A DNA stretch of 64,000 bases from Patescibacteria group bacterium (GTDB lineage: Bacteria; Patescibacteriota; JABMPQ01; JAHIRA01), in assembly GCA_018818205.1 (NCBI GenBank), contig JAHISJ010000006.1, positions 41,817 to 105,816 of the forward strand, given 5' to 3'. Positions within the stretch are counted from its first letter, which is position 1. Each line of letters opens with the position of its first letter. The translations under genes were made by a program, and so were the position numbers. Shown piece after piece: positions 17,397 through 24,876 of the stretch. The notes under the pieces were generated by a model. That model did not search any database and was not told the DNA's origin. It was given only the letters and a program-made list of their open reading frames with translations.

Positions 17397-18599
17397 ATGA
17401 ATACTATACAGAGATCAGACTCTGATGTTTCTGGTCGTGAGTCTTCTAAATCTGAAGAAAATCAAACAGCTTCTAATCCTGAAAAGGTAGATTTTGTGAA
17501 AACACAAGCAGAAGATTTTCATGTTGAAACCATGCCACGTGCAAGCGGTGGTGGTGGAGGAGGCGTCAAAAACAAAAAGAAGCGAGTAGTTGTAGTAGTT
17601 ATTATTCTTGCCGTTTTTATTTTAATACTGAGCGGTGTTTTTGCTTATCTCTATAGAGAACAACTCGGAATTTCTACTCTTTTGGGTACAAAAGTAACTC
17701 CCGTGGTAGAGACAGAAACGAAGGTTACCAAAGAGGTTACTGGTCCTGATGATCAAATGCATATTTATGAAGAACTTACTAAGCGCGTTGCACTTCTTGA
17801 AAAAGGAAAAGATGGTGACACCGTGGTTCTTCTTGAAGGAAAAATTACTAAAATTGAGACTTATCTCAAACAAACTGACACTGATGAGGATGGAATCTCT
17901 GACTATGAAGAAATTGTTGATCATGAAACGGACCCTGATAATAAAGACACTGACGGTGACGGTTTTAATGACGGAGATGAAATAAATAATGGGTACAATC
18001 CCAATGGTGAAGGCGAAATTGGGGACGATACTTCTGATGTACAAGATGAATCGACAGATAATGATCAAGAAATTGTCGATGAACCAGCTGACGATACAGA
18101 TGGTCAAGACGTCCCTGATGATACAGACACTAATGGTTTACATGAGAAAGGCTTTAACTCAGCGGTCCCAGGTGACTACGTAGGTCGTTTTGCCTTGACA
18201 GATGTGGAAGTTTCTGGTAATGATATAAAGCTTACCATAAATGAAATTGGTGAGGTTTCAGGGAGTTTTACCTTTGAATACGATGGTTCCGCGTATCGCA
18301 CCGAGTTTAATGGTGCGCTCGAGGTAGATGACTCAGGTGAACAGTACTATACGAGCTTGGAGGCAAAAACGATATCTGGATCTAATCAAGATGATCTAAA
18401 AGTAGATATGTTTTTGACCTTTAACGCAGACAAGAGTGAGTTAAATGGGGTAATGCAGTTTTTAGACAGTGACTATGCATTCCTCAACGATCAGAAGGGT
18501 GAAGTATTCTTAAATCAAGGGGAAATAGCGTTAAACGGTATTTCCATTACTACTGAGGATGCAGGTGGAAACGAGGCGACAACTGTATTGCTCCAGTAA
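17397..18599 (+). CDS. type-II membrane protein with thrombospondin-type-3-like Ca-binding repeats (family member 2)
   Basis: 400 aa; Gly-run then TM (VVVVVIILAVFILILSGVFAYL); TDTDEDGISDYEE...DPDNKDTDGDGFNDGDEINNGYNPNGEGEIGD; acidic linker; C-terminal beta-rich domain alignable to that of 13362..14714. Confidence 0.6.
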   Translation: MNTIQRSDSDVSGRESSKSEENQTASNPEKVDFVKTQAEDFHVETMPRASGGGGGGVKNKKKRVVVVVIILAVFILILSGVFAYLYREQLGISTLLGTKVTPVVETETKVTKEVTGPDDQMHIYEELTKRVALLEKGKDGDTVVLLEGKITKIETYLKQTDTDEDGISDYEEIVDHETDPDNKDTDGDGFNDGDEINNGYNPNGEGEIGDDTSDVQDESTDNDQEIVDEPADDTDGQDVPDDTDTNGLHEKGFNSAVPGDYVGRFALTDVEVSGNDIKLTINEIGEVSGSFTFEYDGSAYRTEFNGALEVDDSGEQYYTSLEAKTISGSNQDDLKVDMFLTFNADKSELNGVMQFLDSDYAFLNDQKGEVFLNQGEIALNGISITTEDAGGNEATTVLLQ

Positions 18600-18622
18600 A
18601 TTTTTTGTGAAAAATAGCAAAT

Positions 18623-19552
18623 ATGATTGATATTATTCCCGCAGCAGCCTTTGACTCAGGAATGCATGCCAAGGAGATGGATGAGCAAGGCAAAAGCGCG
18701 GATCAAAAATTAGAGGTGACCCTTAAAGAAGAGAAGAATCTTACTTCTCCTCCTTTGGATACTGAAAAAAAAGGAGAAATAAAACCGCCAAAGAAGAAAC
18801 GTCCTTGGGGTGCGTATGTTGGGTTTATTGCGTTGATCCTTGTTTTGATTGCAGGCGTTTTAGTCGGATATATTCAGCGAGATACCATCGCTAAACTTTT
18901 TAGTACAAGCGATGCGGGTTTTACTGACGATGAAAAAAAGTCCTTTGGCTATCTTGATGAAGATAATGACGGGTTAACGACCCTTGAAGAAATGGCGTCA
19001 GGAACGCTCGTGCTTGAGCCTGACACAGATGGCGATGAACTCCCTGATGGATATGAAGTTCAGTTTGGCTTAAACCCTCTTGATCCTGCCGATGCGCTGT
19101 ATGATCAAGACAAAGACGATCTTAAGAATATAGACGAATACTATTACGAGACAAATATCAGTGACCCCGATACTGATAATGATGGGTTTAAGGACGGTAG
19201 TGAAGTAAAAGATGGATACAACCCCAAAGGGACAGGTGCACTTAAAAAGCCACAAAAGGATGGGGTTCCCGTTGAGCGGGTTTCTAGCGAAGGTATGATT
19301 AAGATTCTCACCGGAGAATTTAATCCAGAGTTTATCAGAATCAAAGAAGGGGATAGTCTTACGTTTGTTAATGAAGATACCGTGACTCACTTTGTGACAG
19401 GACCGGAAATTGAAACTGATGCTATCCAACCGGGATCATCCTTTACCATATCCTTTCAAAAAGAAGGTGTGTATGAGTTTTATGATCGTGATGATGCTCG
19501 GTATAAAGGTAAAATTATTGTTGAAAAAATGGTGCAAAACGATGAGGAGTAA
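18623..19552 (+). CDS. type-II membrane protein with thrombospondin-type-3-like Ca-binding repeats and cupredoxin-like C-terminal domain lacking Cys ligand (family member 3)
   Basis: 309 aa; TM (VGFIALILVLIAGVLVGYI); LDEDNDGLTTLEE...DPDTDNDGFKDGSEVKDGYNPKGTGALKKP; C-terminal ~90 aa with plastocyanin-like strand pattern (no Cys). Confidence 0.55.
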   Translation: MIDIIPAAAFDSGMHAKEMDEQGKSADQKLEVTLKEEKNLTSPPLDTEKKGEIKPPKKKRPWGAYVGFIALILVLIAGVLVGYIQRDTIAKLFSTSDAGFTDDEKKSFGYLDEDNDGLTTLEEMASGTLVLEPDTDGDELPDGYEVQFGLNPLDPADALYDQDKDDLKNIDEYYYETNISDPDTDNDGFKDGSEVKDGYNPKGTGALKKPQKDGVPVERVSSEGMIKILTGEFNPEFIRIKEGDSLTFVNEDTVTHFVTGPEIETDAIQPGSSFTISFQKEGVYEFYDRDDARYKGKIIVEKMVQNDEE

Positions 19553-20827
19553 TCACTCTGAAGCGGGAAATTTCTTTAAAATTTCACCAACAAAATAGAG
19601 CGAGCCGGTCACAATGACCGGTTTTTTGTTATGTGTTATTTGAGCCAAACACTCATTCATGGTACACGAGAGTAGCCTAGGAAACTCTTTTTGAATGTCG
19701 TTTGATTTTAATTGATTATGTATGCCAGTGTCTACAAGAAGTATGTCTCGAGTAATGGTGAGTAAGAGGGTTATGTTTTTCTTGTACTCTTTATTTTTTT
19801 TTGAAGAAAAAAAGATAGTAGGTTCTTGTATGTCTAGATCACGTAGTGTCTTAATGAGCGTTTTTATGCCTGCGGGATTGTGCGCACCGTCAATCAAAAC
19901 AAGCGGATCTTTTTTTATTATCTGACATCTGCCGGGCCAAGATGTATGTGCAAGGGCCCTTCTCACACTCTTAGTTTTTGGTTTATTGGAGAAATATTTT
20001 TTGTGTACGAGCGTTTCAAATGCATACAGGGCAAGTGCGGCATTACAGGCTTGATGTGCTCCAAGAAGTGAGAGTTTGAGATTTTTGTATGTGTTTATTT
20101 TTGAAGTGTAGTCAAACCGTGTGTATTTCTGAGTAACGTTACGCATATGTACATAAGTGCTTTTTAGGATATATAATGATGCATTTTTCTTATCACACAT
20201 CTTCTGTATGACGTTTTGTATCTCTGGCTGATTATGCATGAACACGCACGAATTTTTTTTAATAATCCCTGCTTTTTCCCGAGCTATTTTTTCAAGCGTA
20301 TCTCCTAAATAGTCTTGATGGTCTAAGCTTACCTGGGTAATGATTTCAGCAAAAGAGGGGATCACGTTTGTGGCGTCAAGTCTGCCTCCAAGACCGGTCT
20401 CAATAACGCTTACATCTACGTTTTTTTCTTTAAAATACAAAATCGCTGCAGTAGTAAGTGCTTCAAAGAGAGTAAGCTCTACATTGTTCTTTTGTCTTGT
20501 TTTATAAATCTCACTAAGGAGTGCGAGCAGTTTTTTTTCACTGATTTTTTTGCGGTCTATTTGAATTCGCTCAGTGTAGGAAATGAGGTGTGGTGAGGTA
20601 ACAAGTCCCGTTTTAAGCCCATGTTCTATGAGCAAGCTGTGCAACACTGCTGCTGTTGATCCTTTGCCATTAGTACCTGCTATGTGGATTGTTTTAAGGT
20701 CCTTTTCCGGATTTTTGAGGTGTTTTAAAAAGCGAGTGATGTTCTTGAGTGACACATCACAAGCGCTTACGTGCTCCATGCCAAAAGCATCTTCAAAGTC
20801 TGTAAAGGATCGTAATGTAGCTGGCAT
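19553..20827 (-). CDS. folC: folylpolyglutamate synthase/dihydrofolate synthase (Mur ligase family)
   Basis: 424 aa; IHIAGTNGKGST P-loop, Mur-ligase middle/C domains; 4-nt gap after thrS stop. Confidence 0.8.
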   Translation of the reverse strand: MPATLRSFTDFEDAFGMEHVSACDVSLKNITRFLKHLKNPEKDLKTIHIAGTNGKGSTAAVLHSLLIEHGLKTGLVTSPHLISYTERIQIDRKKISEKKLLALLSEIYKTRQKNNVELTLFEALTTAAILYFKEKNVDVSVIETGLGGRLDATNVIPSFAEIITQVSLDHQDYLGDTLEKIAREKAGIIKKNSCVFMHNQPEIQNVIQKMCDKKNASLYILKSTYVHMRNVTQKYTRFDYTSKINTYKNLKLSLLGAHQACNAALALYAFETLVHKKYFSNKPKTKSVRRALAHTSWPGRCQIIKKDPLVLIDGAHNPAGIKTLIKTLRDLDIQEPTIFFSSKKNKEYKKNITLLLTITRDILLVDTGIHNQLKSNDIQKEFPRLLSCTMNECLAQITHNKKPVIVTGSLYFVGEILKKFPASE

Positions 20828-20830
20828 GCG

Positions 20831-22600
20831 TTAAAAGATAGTTCTCTTGGTAATATCGTCTTTAACAAGGGTGGCAAAATCATCAACTGAGTACTCTTTG
20901 ATCTCTTTTTCATCTCTTTTTCGTACGGCAATGTTGCCCGATTTTGCTTCTTTCTCACCTAACACAACAATGTAAGGCACTTTATCTTTAATCGCGTCAG
21001 CTATTTTTTTACCTACAGATTCTTCGCGCAGATCTTCTTCTATGCGAAGTCCGCGATCTTTGAGCGTTTGTACTAGAGTGTGTGTTTCTTTGAGCACTTT
21101 TTCTGATACAGAAAGTACTTTTACGTGATAGGGTGCAAGCCAGACAGGGAACTTCCCAGCGTATTCCTCTATGAGGATTGCCATGAGTCTCTCTGCCGAA
21201 CCAATAATGCCACGGTGAATCATTACTGGCCTTCTCTCTGTGCCATCCTTGTCTATATAGGTGAGATCAAATCGCTCTGGCATGTTTTTGTCTATCTGTA
21301 CGGTACAGATTTGCCATTCTCTCATGAGGCAGTCCTTGACGATAATATCCACTTTAGGACCGTAAAATGCCGCTTCGCCAATTTCTTCTTTAAAAGTGAT
21401 GTTAGTTTCTGTAAGGAGGTCTCTTAATAATGACTCAGATTCGTCCCATATTGTATCATCACCGATGTACTTTTCTTTTTTCTCTGGATCTCTAAGTGAT
21501 AGTCGTATTGAGTAGTCGGTAAGGCCATATGTTTTAAGCGCTTCTGTAATAACATCCATAACTTTGATAAACTCATCTTTGACCTGATCTTCAGAGCAAA
21601 AGCAGTGCCCATCATCGACTGCAAAATACTTAAGCCTGGTAAGCCCTGCAAGTTCTCCTGGTTTTTCATCGCGATAAACATTTGCGAAGTCTGAAAACCT
21701 AAGAGGCAGGTCCTTGTAACTTCTCTTTTTTGCAGCAAAAATTTGCGTATGCTGAGGACAATTCATTGGCTTAAGGTAGTACTTTTCTTCTGTGTAATGA
21801 GAATGTACCTCGAGCATGTCATCTTTATACTTCTCGTAATGCCCTGAGACTTTAAATAATTCTGCTTTATTTATATTGGGTGTGTGAACCTCCTCATAGC
21901 CAATCTTCGTGTTGAGTTCCCGAGAGTAGTTTATAATTTCGTTTCTAACAATGAATCCTTTTGGTGTATAGAGGGGGAGACCCGGACCAATAAGATCAGA
22001 AAAGGTGAATAGATCAAGCTCTTTACCAAGCTTTCTATGATCTCTCTTTGCAGCTTCCTTTTTTAGAGCTACAAAGGTGCGTAGTTCTTTTGGGGTATCA
22101 AATGCGAGTCCATAAATTCTTTGGAGCATGGGGTTTTTCTCATCTCCACGCCAATACGCGCCAGAAGTTTTCTCTAGTGAAAATGATTTTTGGTTTAGCT
22201 CACCAGAAGATTCTACATGAGGGCCTGAACATAAATCAACAAATGAACCGGTACGGTAAATAATGACTTCATCTTCACCTTCTTTTTTAAGTTCATTGAT
22301 GAGTTCGATTTTATAGGGCTGATTTGCTTTTTCAAACGCACTAAGTGCATCAGGTATTGATATCACTTCCTTTTCAAAGGGGAGGTTTTGACTGATAAGT
22401 GATTTCATTTTCTCTTCAAGGAGTGGGAGATCCTCTGGGATAAGTGTTCTAGGCAGCTCAAAATCATAGTAAAACCCAGTATCTATTGCTGGGCCAATGC
22501 CAAGCTTTGCTTCAGGAAACATCTCTAAAACGGCGGCTGCGAGGATATGGGAGAGCGAATGTCGCTTAATCTCTAGTGTAGGTTGATTATTTTTGCTCAT
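20831..22600 (-). CDS. thrS: threonine--tRNA ligase (short form lacking N-terminal TGS domain)
   Basis: 589 aa; HSLSHILAAAV (editing-domain HxxxH), class-II aaRS motifs, C-terminal anticodon-binding domain. Confidence 0.9.
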   Translation of the reverse strand: MSKNNQPTLEIKRHSLSHILAAAVLEMFPEAKLGIGPAIDTGFYYDFELPRTLIPEDLPLLEEKMKSLISQNLPFEKEVISIPDALSAFEKANQPYKIELINELKKEGEDEVIIYRTGSFVDLCSGPHVESSGELNQKSFSLEKTSGAYWRGDEKNPMLQRIYGLAFDTPKELRTFVALKKEAAKRDHRKLGKELDLFTFSDLIGPGLPLYTPKGFIVRNEIINYSRELNTKIGYEEVHTPNINKAELFKVSGHYEKYKDDMLEVHSHYTEEKYYLKPMNCPQHTQIFAAKKRSYKDLPLRFSDFANVYRDEKPGELAGLTRLKYFAVDDGHCFCSEDQVKDEFIKVMDVITEALKTYGLTDYSIRLSLRDPEKKEKYIGDDTIWDESESLLRDLLTETNITFKEEIGEAAFYGPKVDIIVKDCLMREWQICTVQIDKNMPERFDLTYIDKDGTERRPVMIHRGIIGSAERLMAILIEEYAGKFPVWLAPYHVKVLSVSEKVLKETHTLVQTLKDRGLRIEEDLREESVGKKIADAIKDKVPYIVVLGEKEAKSGNIAVRKRDEKEIKEYSVDDFATLVKDDITKRTIF

Positions 22601-22633
22601 ATGCGTGTTTTGTGATGATTATTTTTCGCTATT

Positions 22634-22793
22634 TCTTCAAAATCTCTCCTCCCTCTTTTTTTAGTTTTAAGGCCTCGGTTTCTTTTTAGCTTTGACGGTG
22701 TAATAGCAGAATATGAACATGGAGTGGACTTTTTAGTGTATGGAGGGAGGCACAGAGAAAAACTAAAAAAAGAGGGAGGAGAGATTTTGAAGA
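22634..22793. repeat. 160-bp element with perfect 35-bp terminal inverted repeats (MITE-like or long RNA stem) in thrS upstream region
   Basis: TCTTCAAAATCTCTCCTCCCTCTTTTTTTAGTTTT (22634-22668) is the exact reverse complement of 22759-22793; 90-nt spacer. Confidence 0.6.
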
Positions 22794-22863
22794 GGAAATG
22801 ATATTTTTTGTCCTAAATAAACAAAAAAACAGCTAGTAGTTACTTCTACTGTTTACTGTACCG

Positions 22864-24009
22864 CTATTTGACGAGAATTTCAATATTGCTGTCGCTTGAG
22901 GGCACTTTGGTTACCCAAAAAGGAGAGTAGGCGATGTCTACTGAGTCTACTTCCGGGAACTGTTTGTAGTAGGCAACCAAGTCGCCGTAATTTCTGCCTT
23001 GCAGCGGTGCTTTCTCGAATGCTTTTGACGGGATTTTGTTTATTGTTGCGGCTGATGCAGAGATGGTGACAATGGCACTTCTTTTTTCTTCGTCAATAGA
23101 GGCAAGTGAGTAGGATAAATCATCAGTGTTGAAGGATATTATTTCTTTTGCTTCGCTTATTTGTTTTTGGATTTTTTCTTCAGCGATTGTCTTCATTTGG
23201 GCTGTGTTGAAGGATACAAGAGTCAATTTTATTTTTTCTGTTACCTCAAACGCAGGGGTAATATCATCCTCTTTTACTTTTGGTGTAGCGTTAATAATTT
23301 CATAGTGTGTAGTTTTGGGGACGATAATTTCACTTGGAGGGAGCGTTTCTTTGATTTTGGCAATCTCTTCTTGGATGATTTGCGTTGCCACGTCTTCTTT
23401 AGCCTTCTCGATCGTCTCTGCAGTAACCACAAAGTCTTCAACACGTCCTCCGGTCATGGGAGTGTTGCTTTCTGCATAGATTAACTCTTGCCAGTTTGCC
23501 CAGAGCTTAACGATGACAAAATGTGTTGGCGCCACGTTGCCTTGTGCGCCTTTTTCTGCTGCGGTAACGGGAATATCAATTTTTCCTTTTGCGGGTACTT
23601 GTGCCCATGTATCAATTTTGAAAAGAACGCCACTATCACTTAGTAGTTGTGTTTTTTGCTTGAGTGGCTGAGGTTCGCTTCTGTTGTTGTAGATAGTGAC
23701 CGTTCCTTTTGCATACGAATCGACCTCCTTTTTTTCTACCGCATCAAACGTTTTGGTAGCGTCGATTGTTTTTTCAATAATTTGTCCTTTTACCGCATTG
23801 AACGCGGTGAGGTTTCCATCGGCGTCAGGGGAGATGGTGACATTGAGTGACGCATTGGTTGTATCTTCTTTTGGGTGAAGTGTTATTTCTGCTTTTGATA
23901 TGGTTGTATGTATTACAAAAGCGATAAGTACCAGCGATGCAATGATAAATAGGATAAGGTAGGGCTTATAGGAGGGGCCTTGTTTTATTTTTCCAAGATC
24001 AACACTCAT
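22864..24009 (-). CDS. hypothetical membrane-anchored (N-in, C-out) protein
   Basis: 381 aa; single N-terminal TM (YLILFIIASLVLIAFVI), large T/K/E-rich extracytoplasmic domain; 4-nt overlap with upstream HExxH gene. Confidence 0.5.
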   Translation of the reverse strand: MSVDLGKIKQGPSYKPYLILFIIASLVLIAFVIHTTISKAEITLHPKEDTTNASLNVTISPDADGNLTAFNAVKGQIIEKTIDATKTFDAVEKKEVDSYAKGTVTIYNNRSEPQPLKQKTQLLSDSGVLFKIDTWAQVPAKGKIDIPVTAAEKGAQGNVAPTHFVIVKLWANWQELIYAESNTPMTGGRVEDFVVTAETIEKAKEDVATQIIQEEIAKIKETLPPSEIIVPKTTHYEIINATPKVKEDDITPAFEVTEKIKLTLVSFNTAQMKTIAEEKIQKQISEAKEIISFNTDDLSYSLASIDEEKRSAIVTISASAATINKIPSKAFEKAPLQGRNYGDLVAYYKQFPEVDSVDIAYSPFWVTKVPSSDSNIEILVK

Positions 24010-24503
24010 CTAAGATAGCGTGAAAGTTTAGATACAATTTGGGAGAGGGGATCACGGTTAACGTATACGCGTCTTCTCCTTTGAATGTGGTAACCGTTTT
24101 TTTGAAGGTAGCTTTGCCAGTTGTCTTTGATCCACTTTTTTGATTTTGTGTGGAGTTCTAGTAGACCACGAGCCTCAAACTCTCTGCGCATTATACCATG
24201 CTTGTGTGGGTACTCATAGGATTTTTTAAGTGGGGAGCTAAAGCCGTGTGCATAGTGAATAAATTCATGGACAATAGTTTCTTCAACAACATAGGAGGGG
24301 ACTTTGGGATCTTTAAACAACCCCGATATGGTAATGAGGGTTGATTTGTCTGGAAGCATTTTGATTGATCCGAGCTGTCTTTTAGCTTTTTTGCCAAAGC
24401 GAATAGTAATAGCGTTTTTAATGGGGACATCACAAAAGTGATTTTCTGTATAGTGGGCGAGTGCGTTTTCTAAGTCAGCGTTGGCTCTCATATTGTTTCT
24501 CAA
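24006..24503 (-). CDS. SprT-like/DUF45-like zinc metallopeptidase-fold protein (HExxH)
   Basis: 165 aa; VHEFIHYAHG HExxH motif preceded by beta-rich region as in SprT/WLM/DUF45 minimal metallopeptidases. Confidence 0.5.
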   Translation of the reverse strand: MRNNMRANADLENALAHYTENHFCDVPIKNAITIRFGKKAKRQLGSIKMLPDKSTLITISGLFKDPKVPSYVVEETIVHEFIHYAHGFSSPLKKSYEYPHKHGIMRREFEARGLLELHTKSKKWIKDNWQSYLQKNGYHIQRRRRVYVNRDPLSQIVSKLSRYLR

Positions 24504-24538
24504 AAAAAAGATGGCCGCAGAAAAAAAATTTCCTTGGC

Positions 24539-24814
24539 CTAAGCAGCAGCAGCCTGGTCGGCGGCTGGCTTTTGTATAATATGCGCTTGAGGAGCGGGAA
24601 CAAAATCAAACTTTGTGTTCAATGTGACGTTTTGGTTACTCGTAATGTACCAACTGGCGCCTTGCCCAGTTGGAAAGGCCCAAACTGGTCCGGCAGGATG
24701 TTCGCCAAATTTTTGGGTTAATTCCATCAATTGTAATCGCTTTTTAAGCCGCATAAGCTTTGCGGCAGCATGGTTTTGCATGGGTCCCTCCGTATTTGAG
24801 ATGCTTGTAGACAT
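24539..24814 (-). CDS. small hypothetical protein (weak call)
   Basis: 91 aa ORF, weak RBS (GGAA); competes with antisense ORF 24461..24721; no family recognised. Confidence 0.25.
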   Translation of the reverse strand: MSTSISNTEGPMQNHAAAKLMRLKKRLQLMELTQKFGEHPAGPVWAFPTGQGASWYITSNQNVTLNTKFDFVPAPQAHIIQKPAADQAAAA

Positions 24815-24876
24815 AGTTCCTTCTATTAAAACACTAATATATATAGTTTAAACTGTCAATTGTTAATAACTCTTTA

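Noticed and set aside
22601-22863. T-box riboswitch upstream of thrS
   Set aside because: No T-box consensus (AATTAGGGTGGNACCGCG-like) or specifier-loop architecture could be recognised by eye; the region is dominated by the 35-bp inverted repeat instead.
24461-24721. Plus-strand ORF 24461..24721 as an alternative to the minus-strand small ORF
   Set aside because: W/L/S-rich composition atypical of the genome's proteins and overlaps the end of the HExxH gene; the minus-strand 91-aa ORF is kept instead at low confidence.
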